Part shown: positions 1 through 10,716 of the stretch, one piece after another
Layout of the letters: every line of letters begins with the position of its first letter
Position numbering within the stretch: position 1 is the stretch's first letter
Assembly: GCA_963695875.1 (NCBI GenBank)
Contig: CAVOID010000015.1
Location: 14,291-78,290, forward strand
Length of the DNA: 64,000 nucleotides
From: an uncultured delta proteobacterium
Lineage (GTDB): Bacteria; Desulfobacterota; Syntrophia; Syntrophales; UBA2185
Direction: 5' to 3'
Notes under the pieces: generated by a model
Databases searched by the model: none
What the model was told of the DNA's origin: nothing
What the model saw: only the letters and a program-made list of their open reading frames with translations
Translations under genes and position numbers: made by a program

Positions 1-751
1 GTAGGCGTGACCTGAATCTCCCTCGAAATAGAGTACTGTATCAACCATGTGCTCCAGGACTTTCGGTCCGGCAATAGAACCGTCCTTGGTCACATGGCCG
101 ACCAGAAAGACGGGAATGCCCGTCTTTTTTGACATGAGGATGAGCCTGCGCTGATGACTCCCTGACCTGTCCGACACTTCCCGGTGCGGACGAAAGGTTC
201 GACGAATAGACAGTCTGAATGGAATCAATCACTACCACGCTCGGTGATATCTCTTTAATATGCCTGATTATATTTTCCAGATCTATCTCAACAAGAACAA
301 AAAGGTTTTTTGATGAGGCCCCTACCCGCCTTCCCCGGAGTTTTATCTGCTTTGCCGATTCCTCACCGGAAACATAAAGGATCTTTAAATCCTTTTCCGC
401 CAGATTATGAAGGATCTGAAGAAGCAGCGTCGATTTCCCGATGCCGGGGTCGCCGCCGACCAGGGTGACCGACCCGTTAACTATCCCGCCTCCCAGAACC
501 CTGTCCATTTCCACAATCCCGGTGGTAATCCGTTCTTTTTCATCAGCTACAATTTCATCGATGGGCAAAGGGGGTTCGTTGAACTGGATACCCATGGAAA
601 CTGCGGTATCGATATCCCTTATTTCTTCTTCAACAAAGCGGTTCCACTCAGCGCAGGAAGGACATTTCCCCAGCCATTTCGGTGATTGGTGCCCGCAGTT
701 CTGACAGAAAAACGTGGTTTTAATTTTCTTCAACCAAAAAACCCCTTGCAA
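1..751 (-). CDS. radA: DNA repair protein RadA/Sms, N-terminal part (3' end runs off the window); one apparent 1-nt indel near position 145
   Basis: Zn-ribbon [22 protein letters not shown] and Walker [15 protein letters not shown] are present. After ...[12 protein letters not shown] the RadA sequence [43 protein letters not shown] continues in the neighbouring frame. Confidence 0.85.
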
Positions 752-885
752 AGCTTCATTTTAATGTGAACATATGTTTTTTTACCATAACAGTCAATAT
801 GAAACCAAATCCGAAAAATCTTGAGTAATCATTTCAATGCTGATATATTTCTAAAGCTTTAAAAAAAGTCAGGAGATATTAATGT

Positions 886-2014
886 ATGCATAATCCAAAT
901 TTTAGTTCCGGCCCTTGCAGCAAGAGACCACATTGGAATCTGGAGGCACTCAAGGATGCCCTGGTCGGCAGGTCTCATCGATCTACCCAGGGAAAGGAAA
1001 AACTGGCCAAGGCCATTGCTGAAAGCAAAGAAATTTTGAAAATCCCCGCTGATTACCTTGTCGGGATATTACCGGGATCGGATACGGGCGCTTTTGAAGC
1101 AGCCATGTGGACACTCCTGGGACCCCGGCCGGTTACCGTCCTGGTTTGGGAGAGCTTTTCTGAAGGATGGGCGACGGATATAACCAAGCATCTGAAACTG
1201 AACCCCACCATCATGAAAGCCGATTACGGGAAAATACCGGACCTGAAGGCCGTTAATTGGTCCCATGATGTTGTCTTTGTCGCCAACGGCACCACCAGTG
1301 GTGTCAGAATCCCCGACTGGGAGTGGATTCCGAAAGGATCGCGAAGGGTTGTCCCTATGCGATGCCACCAGTGGCGTCTTCGCCATGACCGTTGACTGGT
1401 CGAAAGTGGATGCCTTGACATACTCCTGGCAGAAATGTCTCGGCGGTGAAGCAGCCCACGGCATGCTCATCTTGAGCCCGAGGGCTGTTCAGCGCATCGA
1501 AACCTACGATCCGCCGTGGCCGCTGCCCAAAGTCTTCCGCCTGAAAAAAGGCGGAAAGATCGACAAGGCAATCTTTGAAGGAGATACCATAAATACCCCT
1601 TCCATGATCTGCGTGGAGGACTACCTTGATGCCCTCACATGGGCAAAGGAAATAGGACTGGAGGGACTTATTAAAAGAAGTGAAGCAAATCTCAAAATTA
1701 TTGAAGAGTGGGTCGGAAATAATGACTGGATTGATTTTCTCGCTGTCTCAAAAGAAATACGGTCCAGCACTTCCGTGTGTCTCTCTGTAACCGATGAAAA
1801 AGTGAAGAAGCTGTCGAAGGACGACCAGGCAAAGTTCTTGAAGAGTATCGCCAGCGAACTCTCCAAGAAAAATATTGCGCACGATATAAATTCTTACAGG
1901 GATGCCCCGCCGGGATTCCGTTTCTGGTGCGGCCCGACTATCGAACCAAATGACATCAGGATAGCCCTCTCAGAAATGGAGAAGGTGTATCATCAGAAAA
2001 TTAAAGATCTGTGA
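886..2014 (+). CDS. serC: Phosphoserine aminotransferase (short SerC type), split by a 1-nt insertion at about 1336-1337
   Basis: ORFs 886-1395 and 1265-2014 join as ...IPDWEWIPK|[21 protein letters not shown] if one G of AAAGGATC is removed. The N-terminus reads [20 protein letters not shown] lies 9 nt upstream. Confidence 0.85.
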
Positions 2015-2066
2015 TCAGTTTTAGATCATCACACTAATTAATTTCAGGAGGGGAGGATCATTTTTT

Positions 2067-3653
2067 ATGAAGAAAGTTCTCGTGAGTGACACCCTGGCGG
2101 TAGAGGGTATACAAATATTGAAGAACGCACCCGGTATTGAGGTAGACGTGATGACAAACCTTACGCCGGACGAACTCAAAGGCGTCATCAAGGACTACGA
2201 TGGTCTGGCCATAAGGAGCGCGACCAAGGTCACCAAAGGAAATTATCGACCATGCAGAGAAACTTACCGTGATCGGCCGAGCGGGGATCGGCCTTGATAA
2301 TGTGGACATCGCCGCAGCAAGCAAACGGGGCATCGTGTGCATGAATACTCCTGGCGGCAATACTATCACTACAGGTGAACATACCATTGCCATGATGTTT
2401 GCGCTTGCGAGAAAGGTACCCCAGGCCACTGCATCCATGAAGGCAGGCAAGTGGGAAAAGAACAAATTTATGGGCGCGGAGCTCTACAACAAGACCCTCG
2501 GAATTATTGGTATCGGGCGGGTCGGCACCATTGTGGCCGACAGGGCGCAGGGTTTAAAGATGAACGTTATCGCCTATGACCCTTTTATCTCCCCGGAGGC
2601 AGCCGGAAAATTGGGGATCTCCCTCGTCACACTGGACGAACTGCTGCAAAAATCCGACTTTATCTCCGTACACACGCCGATGACAAAAGAAACGAAAGGA
2701 ATGATTAATGCAAAAGCCTTTGACAAAATGAAGAAAGGGTGTCTTCATCATCAATTGTGCCCGCGGAGGAATCATCAGCGAAAAAGACCTTTATGACGCC
2801 CTCAAATCGGGAAAAGTTGCCGGTGCCGCCCTCGACGTTTTTGAAGAAGAACCAACGAAGAATACGGAACTTATCTCCCTCAATAACGTGATCTGCACGC
2901 CTCATTTAGGTGCGTCAACAGACGAAGCACAGATCAATGTGGCCATAGCTATCGCGGAGCAGATCGTAAACTTTCTTACAAAAGGGAGAAATCAAGAATG
3001 CCGTTAATTTCCCCTCTGTCAGTGCCGAATTACTGACTGTCATCCAGCCGTTTCTGGATCTCGCAGAGAAGCTGGGGAAATTCGAGGCACAAGTTGTCAA
3101 AGGCGCTATCAAGGAAATCACCGTCGAGTATAGCGGGGAAATCCTGAACTATAACGTAGCTCCGATCACTATTTCTCTGATAAAAGGACTGCTAACACCA
3201 ATCCTCAATGAGAATGTTAATTACATCAATGCACCTGTCGTTGCCAAAGAACGCGGCATTAGGGTTGTTGAGTCGAAGAGCAGCGAGGCGAAGGATTACA
3301 CAAGCATGATATCACTGACCATAAAGACCTCGGAAGAGACAAGCTACGCCGCAGGCACCATTTTTGGTCGCCAAGATTCACGTATCGTCAGAGTTAACAA
3401 ATTCACCGTCGAGGTCATCCCAGAGGGTCACATGCTGGTTATATCCAACTACGACAAACCCGGTGTAATAGGCAATCTTGGCACAACTTTGGGAAGCAAC
3501 AGCGTCAATATCGCGAGACTCCATCTTAGCAGGGAACAGGTCGACAAAATGGCATTAGTTGTCCTGACGACAGATACAATGGTAGCGGAAGATGTGATCG
3601 GAAAGCTCCGAAGTCTGCCCAACATCATATCGGTCACCCAACTTGAGATGTAG
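2067..3653 (+). CDS. serA: D-3-phosphoglycerate dehydrogenase with C-terminal ACT domain, split by three 1-nt insertions (about 2238, 2737-2739, 2984-2986)
   Basis: Four ORF pieces join into a continuous SerA: ...SATKVTK|[23 protein letters not shown]..., ...DKMKKG|[21 protein letters not shown]..., ...NFLTKG|[11 protein letters not shown]..., through to the ACT-like tail [19 protein letters not shown]. Each break is an extra G after an A-run. Confidence 0.9.
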
Positions 3654-4967
<1,314 letters not shown>

Positions 4968-5032
4968 CCTTTTTTTCTTGACAACTTAAGAGACTTCTTA
5001 GTAAGAGGGCGAACTTTAAAATTGAATCATGG

Positions 5033-5108
5033 GGGCCGTTAGCTCAGGTGGTAGAGCAGCGGACTTTTAATCCGTTGGTCGGGAGTTCGACTCTCCTACG
5101 GCCCACCA
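5033..5108 (+). tRNA. tRNA-Lys (anticodon UUU), CCA encoded
   Basis: 76-nt cloverleaf. Acceptor GGGCCGT pairs with ACGGCCC, followed by discriminator A and CCA. Anticodon arm is GCGGA-CTTTTAA-TCCGT. T-arm is GGGAGTTCGACTCTCC. Confidence 0.9.
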
Positions 5109-5115
5109 AAAGAAA

Positions 5116-5319
5116 TCAAGGTGCTACGAGTTGTAAACCACCTTTTAAACCGCCAAGTCTGCCAAGCCCAACAGCATGAGGATTTTTATCGGATGGGATT
5201 TCTTCTGCCTTCATTTCTCCTGTAGTTTCTGCTACAATAGACGCGGCCTGTTGACTTATATCCCGTGGTCTTTTCTTTTTATCTTTCATGGCTAAAGCAT
5301 AGCATAACCGCTTAAGCAT
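5116..5319 (-). CDS. Small hypothetical protein with a truncated 'LGRLGGLKGG' motif, abutting the tRNA 3' end
   Basis: 67-aa ORF. The C-terminus ...KNPHAVGLGRLGGLKGG stops 8 nt from the tRNA-Lys 3' end. Weak support; it may be a remnant. Confidence 0.3.
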   Translation of the reverse strand: MLKRLCYALAMKDKKKRPRDISQQAASIVAETTGEMKAEEIPSDKNPHAVGLGRLGGLKGGLQLVAP

Positions 5320-5446
5320 TTCAGGATTTAAGATATTAAAACTGACCTACTACCAATCTTTCTGTTCATTATCTATTAATTAGTGTATAATTATTAACAA
5401 GATCGATCTTCTTTATATTTCACCCATAATCAGAGGCCACTATGGG

Positions 5447-6835
5447 ATGAAAGTAAAATCTAGAACAAAACAGACGAATACAACAGATAAGCAAGCTGCC
5501 GCAACGCTTCTCTGGAAGTATGGAGTATTCCAGGAGCTGGCAGATAATATCAGTGATGGCGTTTACTGCATCAACACTAACGGATATTTTACCTTTGTAA
5601 ACAAAGCAATCACAGAACGATCTGGTATGCCGCCGGATAAATTCTACAAATCCCACTTCCTCGATATCGTTCATCCCTCATATCGTGATCAGGCCGTACA
5701 GAACTTCCGGAGAGTTATGAATGGTGAGAACGGTATAGTGTATGAGTTGAGATATGAAAGTGCCGATGGACAAGCAATGATCGTGCAAGTGCATTCACAA
5801 CCGATCCGTAGCGACGGTAAGGTAATTGGCATGCTGGGTATTTCGCGAAACATCACCGAGCAGAAGCAAGCAGAAGAGTTGTTGCATAAAGCCGAAGCCC
5901 GTTACCATGCCATTGTTGAGGACCAGGAGGAGATGATCTGCCGTTTTCTTCCCGACAGCACGCTGACCTTTGTCAATAGTGCATACTGTCATTATTTCGG
6001 CAAGAGCCGGGATGAGTTACTCGGGAAGAAGTTTCTGTCCCTTATTCCGGGGAGGGAACGGAAGATGGCGGCGGAGAGGATTGCCGCATTAAGTCCAGAA
6101 AGACCGACAGACATGCATGAACAGCAGGCAATTGCCGCTGGTGGTGAGGTCCGCTGGCAGCAGTGGGTGAACAGGGCGCTGTTCGATAAACAGGGGAATC
6201 TCACAGAACTTCAGGCAGTGGGGCGCGACATCACCATGCGCAAGCTGGCTGAGGATGCCATCAAAGCATCCGAGATGAATCTGTCAAGGCTGGTCAAGGA
6301 GCGGACGGAGGAGCTCTCGAAGCGAAATATGCAACTGGAGGCAGAGATCAGAGATCGGAAACGTGTCGAGGAAACATTGAGGAAAAGAGGCCGGGAACTT
6401 AACCGCCAAGCACGCAAGCTGGAAGAACTGAATGCCGCCCTTAAAGTTCTCCTGAAGCAGCGGGAGGAAGACAGGACAGAACTGGAAGGTAAGGTGGTGT
6501 CGAATGTCAAGGAGCTTCTTCTCCCCTACGTGGAGCAAATGAAGGAGAGGAAGCTGGATTCCACGAGCAAGGTCTTTCTAAATGTTTTTGAGTCAAACTT
6601 GAAAAGCATCATCTCGTCCTTCCCCCAGAGGTTAACTTCGAAGCAATCAGGCCTTACCCCACGGGAGGTACAGGTTGCCGATCTCATCCGTCAAGGAAAG
6701 TCTACCAAGGATATCGCACGGTTTATAAGAATCTCCACGAGTGCTGTCAGTTTACATCGTTATCACATCAGGGAAAAATTGGGAATCATTGACCAGAAGA
6801 TTAACCTCCGAACCCACCTGCAATCCCTATCATAA
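5447..6835 (+). CDS. PAS-PAS / coiled-coil / LuxR-type HTH transcriptional regulator
   Basis: Two PAS modules (GISRNITEQK, GRDITMRK linkers) and a coiled coil LEELNAALKVLLKQREEDR. C-terminal LuxR HTH reads LTPREVQVADLIRQGKSTKDIARFIRISTSAVSLHRYHIREKLGI. Confidence 0.8.
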   Translation: MKVKSRTKQTNTTDKQAAATLLWKYGVFQELADNISDGVYCINTNGYFTFVNKAITERSGMPPDKFYKSHFLDIVHPSYRDQAVQNFRRVMNGENGIVYELRYESADGQAMIVQVHSQPIRSDGKVIGMLGISRNITEQKQAEELLHKAEARYHAIVEDQEEMICRFLPDSTLTFVNSAYCHYFGKSRDELLGKKFLSLIPGRERKMAAERIAALSPERPTDMHEQQAIAAGGEVRWQQWVNRALFDKQGNLTELQAVGRDITMRKLAEDAIKASEMNLSRLVKERTEELSKRNMQLEAEIRDRKRVEETLRKRGRELNRQARKLEELNAALKVLLKQREEDRTELEGKVVSNVKELLLPYVEQMKERKLDSTSKVFLNVFESNLKSIISSFPQRLTSKQSGLTPREVQVADLIRQGKSTKDIARFIRISTSAVSLHRYHIREKLGIIDQKINLRTHLQSLS

Positions 6836-7141
6836 CAGTAATTTTATCTTACTATTATTTTACTAAATATTTAATAATAATATAACTTCCATTAGACCTT
6901 GGAACGTGTATAACAATATAGTCAGAATATGTGCTTTGCAATATTTTAGATGATAAAAGTGTGACTTTCTCAACCCTAACGCGGCGGTGTTAGCGGCCCA
7001 AGTTCAGTGTTTTTTAATCCATTCAAGAAGGCAATCCATAAAGAGGAAATACATAATAATAGATATCTAATATTATAAATGGGCTTGAAAATATTCAGGA
7101 GGGACATAAGATGAAAACGATGTGCAAAGTAGCGATAATAG
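6731..7141 (+). repeat. Inverted-repeat copy A (3' end of the LuxR gene + intergenic region + first ~30 nt of the RCC1 gene)
   Basis: The reverse complement of 27321-27742 aligns along the whole length. A 53-nt block is perfectly identical (6971-7023 = rc 27445-27497). Confidence 0.85.
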
Positions 7142-9489
7142 CGATTTGCCTGTTAATCGCGCAGACGGTTCTCATGGCTGGTCCGGAGCAGGCAGGGGCC
7201 CAGATACCCAACTGCACAGTCACATCCGCTAATGGTACATATACCGCGTCTCCAATCGGGTGTAAAGTTTATGCGGCTTCTGCGTCTGGTGTACCGGCTG
7301 GGCTTATAACGACAGCGACAACTGCGCAGCGAATCTATCCTGGATCCGGTAACGATTTTACATTATTCTTTTCAGATAACGCAAAAGGTAACGGAATAAC
7401 TTATAATTTAAACCCTGCCCCAACTCTTTATCAAACTTCTAAAGCTATAACAAATTATGCGTATACCACCTTGAACAGTAGTCTTAACACAACTAAGATG
7501 TATGATAACTGGGGGACAACAATTATTCCAACCGGCAAATACCTGCAAGCAAACCCCATCAATAATGAGTCCACGGGAATAATTCAGGTTGCGGGAAAAA
7601 TAGTTAACCCTGTGAAAAATGGAGGGACGATGAAGGTCGGTGGTGAACCCGACGGAGTGATAATCGATGGCTCCCTGACGAACCAGCTGGTTTTCCCCAG
7701 GCCCTTCGCGATGGGTTATTTTCACTCTCTCGGGCTGAAATCGGACGGCACGGTCTGGGCATGGGGTGACAATTCTTTCGGTCAGCTCGGGAACGGGACT
7801 TACACGGGCAGCAGTTCTCCCGTACAGGTGAAGGACCCGAGGAACGAGACGGGCGCGACGCCCCTGACGGGAATCGTATCTGTTTCGGCGGGTGAATTTC
7901 ACTCTCTCGCGCTGAAATCGGACGGGACGGTCTGGGCTTGGGGTGACAATACTTACGGTCAGCTCGGGCACCCAATGGACTCCACCCTCAGCAATGTTCC
8001 CGTGCAGGTATTGGACCCGACGGACCCGTCGGGCATGACGCCCCTGACCGGAATCGCGTCTGTTTCAGCGGGTTTTTGGCACTCTCTCGCGCTGAAATCG
8101 GACGGGACGGTCTGGGCTTGGGGTTATGATGGTGACGGTCGAGCTCGGGACCGGCTATAACGGGGACAGTCTCTTTCTTCCCGTGCAGGTGGTGGACCCG
8201 ACGGACCTGACGACTCACCTGACGGGAATTGTGTCTGTTTCAGCGGGTTTTTCGCACTCTCTCGCGCTGAAATCGGACGGGACCGTCCGGGCATGGGGGG
8301 CGAACTCTTGGGGTGCGCTCGGGAACGGAACTAACACGGACAGTTATGTTCCCACGCTGGGTCGTTAGGGGCCTGACGGAAATCGTGTCCGTAGAGGGGG
8401 GTGCAACCCACTCTCTCGCGGTGAAATCGGACGGGACGGTCTGGGCATGGGGTGACAATTTAAACGGTCAGCTCGGGAACGGAACTACGACGGACAGCTG
8501 GGTTCCCGTGCAGGTGTCGGGGCTGACGGAAATCGTGTCCGTCTCGGCGGCGAGTTGGCACTCTCTCGCGGTGAAATCGGACGGGACGGTCTGGGCACTG
8601 GGGTGACAATTATTACGGTACGCTCGGGAACGGGACTAGCGGACCTCTTACGGACAGCAATGTTCCCGTGCAGGTGTCGAGCCTGACGGGAATCGTGTCC
8701 GTTTCATCGGGTGCAAACGACTCTCTCGCGCTGAAATCGGACGGGACGGCCTGGGCTTGGGGTTATAATGGTGACGGTGAGCTCGGGAACGGGACAACCT
8801 CTGACAGTTATGTTCCCACGCCGGTGTCGGACCCTCCAGAATGGGGTATGTCACCGGGTACCTTGTCGTTCGATATTGGGGGCACTACTCCATGCCCGTG
8901 TGGCCAAAGCTGCGGTCCGGGGTTTTACAGTCAGCTTTGTGTAACTGGCACAGTAACGCTTGATGGTGCAACAGTGATCTTGAACTTCATTGACGGCTTC
9001 ACACCGCAACAGGCTGGTAATACTATCTTCCATATAATTTCTGCAGCCGGCCAAGTGATCGGCACGCCCCTTCAAGTGCTGCAAGTAGTAAATGGGGAAA
9101 TAACGCCTTACACCGGTAGTGTTGTCTTCGATCAAAATGCTACGGGCACGACGTTACTCAATGCCATTGTGACTTTGCAAAACCAGATAAGAGATTTAGA
9201 TGTCAGTGTGTTCAAAAAACGCGACATTACGAAAACTCTCCTACTGACGGAGTTAGACGTGGTTATGGCCACAATTAACGAGGGCATCAAACATCCCAAA
9301 TACAGCAAATTTTTCTTTGGGGTTGCCCTTGCTGAGCTCCAACTTGTAATCTTGCCCGAAACCAACGGTTGTGAAAAACCGCGGGCAACGCGTCCTGATG
9401 GCGATGACTTGATAGTTAATTGTACGGCTCAGGGCCTGGTTTATCCTCTCGTTTTGAACGCGATAGATGTCCTGAGACATTTATTATGA
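7111..9489 (+). CDS. Secreted RCC1-repeat (7-blade beta-propeller) protein with an unknown C-terminal domain; three 1-nt insertions (8140, about 8359-8361, 8598)
   Basis: Signal peptide [23 protein letters not shown]. Seven [25 protein letters not shown] units. ORFs 7111-8160, 8126-8368, 8313-8606 and 8668-9489 join when the single extra bases are removed; sister repeats show the uninterrupted sequence. Confidence 0.75.
7723..8770 (+). repeat. Seven tandem DNA units of ~150-180 nt encoding the RCC1 blades
   Basis: The core CACTCTCTCGCGCTGAAATCGGACGGGACGGTCTGGGC recurs starting at about 7723, 7900, 8080, 8255, 8409, 8559 and 8719. Confidence 0.85.
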
Positions 9490-9616
9490 TTCGGTAAATC
9501 TGCATTGGTTTCTTTGGAGGCTTTGTATTTGTCTCCGAAGTTTGACTTTTGGGTTTTGTGGGATCTATTGACTCTCAAAAAATATTTTTAACATTTATTG
9601 CAAGGAGGGAATTACC

Positions 9617-10339
9617 ATGGGAAACTTTACCAGATTGATAACGTTGATTTTCGTCTTGTCAGTTTTAATGGTTACCCCAACATTGGGTGCATCAGCGCCG
9701 GTGATATACGATGTAAAATCAGATTACAATGCCATGACCCTCACTGTGATCGGGCAGAACCTTGGAAGCACATCTGGCACCGTAACACTCGGAGGTACCC
9801 CGCTTACCGTCAATAGTTGGTCTCCAAGTGCAATCGTTGCGCAGATTCCCCAAGGAACTAGCCCTGGAAGTTATTCATTGGTTGTTACAGGACCAAGAAG
9901 GGGTGATCTTAGCGCAACGGCCGAAGTAACTATAGGGGAATTGAACATCCAAGGCACATATTCCTTCACGGGTCAGGCCTCCGGTCTCAGTCTCGCACGG
10001 CGATTTCAACTCAGCTCTCTGATTCCGATAGTCAACGGGTACGTATGTTTCTGTAACGTGCAGCATGACAGGGCGTTGCGACCTTCAGTAGTGACAGGCA
10101 CGGGAACTTTGTCGGGTCAGGGGTATCCACCACCATTGGCCCGTTCTATGTATTTGGGAATTCTTGGTGATTCGGGTTCGACAAATTATACTGAACAATT
10201 CACATACACCGTCGGAACTGACGGCATCATTACTATACCGGGTAGCCTCGCGCACGGGGACATATCTCACGGGGCCCCGTACCGACCATACGTGGGTGGA
10301 ATACCCGATCATTCTCACAGGTATGATCTCGATGGATAG
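9617..10339 (+). CDS. Secreted IPT/TIG-domain protein (3' end uncertain, may continue in another frame to 10448)
   Basis: SD AAGGAGGG and signal peptide ...VTPTLGASA. IPT/TIG-like TLTVIGQNLGSTSGTVTLGGTPLTVNSWSPSAIVAQIPQGTSPGSYSLVV. ORF 10164-10448 looks coding and may be the frameshifted tail. Confidence 0.5.
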   Translation: MGNFTRLITLIFVLSVLMVTPTLGASAPVIYDVKSDYNAMTLTVIGQNLGSTSGTVTLGGTPLTVNSWSPSAIVAQIPQGTSPGSYSLVVTGPRRGDLSATAEVTIGELNIQGTYSFTGQASGLSLARRFQLSSLIPIVNGYVCFCNVQHDRALRPSVVTGTGTLSGQGYPPPLARSMYLGILGDSGSTNYTEQFTYTVGTDGIITIPGSLAHGDISHGAPYRPYVGGIPDHSHRYDLDG

Positions 10340-10716
10340 AAATAGCATAACGCTCAGCAGCCCCGATCCGCCAGTGATCACGACGTTCACAGACATACTT
10401 CTAATGGGACCGACCATCGCATCTGTCATCGATCGCGCGTCATGTTAGGACGCCAGTAGAACAAGGAGCAATGGGAACCTGATCGGGATTGCGATCACCG
10501 ATAAAGTGTTCCTGAACCGTCAACCGTGCTTTTTTTGGTTTCGGTTTAATGTCGGGTTGAGTAGGGATCAGAAGAAAGTATAAGAAGTAATGTTGGCAGA
10601 CGTCAAAAGAAAGTGTAGAAAGTTAGAATAATTCATTGTGTCGGAATGGCCCCCATGAGCTTTTTTGTTTTCGTGGGGGAAATTTTCACTATCAATATTT
10701 GAGAGGTCGGAAAAAA

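Noticed and set aside
407-704. ORFs antisense to radA, and many similar antisense or overlapping ORFs in the track (e.g. 1069-1470, 7408-7975, 12500-12874, 17892-18227, 41426-42313, 43182-43715, 45541-46043, 50285-50809, 53004-55873)
   Set aside because: They lie opposite or out of frame to well-supported conserved genes. They have low-complexity or Arg/Ser/Pro-rich translations typical of shadow ORFs, and they lack SD sequences.
886-3653. serC and serA (and other split genes) as genuine pseudogenes
   Set aside because: The only defect in each is an isolated 1-nt indel. The conserved sequence resumes perfectly in the next frame. Essential genes are affected at the same rate as accessory ones. 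Sequencing or assembly error is the simpler reading.
6975-7016. The conserved 53-nt core as a canonical rho-independent terminator of the LuxR gene
   Set aside because: Only a 5-bp CTAAC/GTTAG stem is present, and the T6 run lies ~15 nt away from it. This does not fit a standard terminator.
7723-8770. Regularly spaced DNA repeats as a CRISPR array
   Set aside because: The units are 150-180 nt and lie inside one reading frame encoding RCC1 blades. There is no short repeat/spacer alternation and there are no cas genes.
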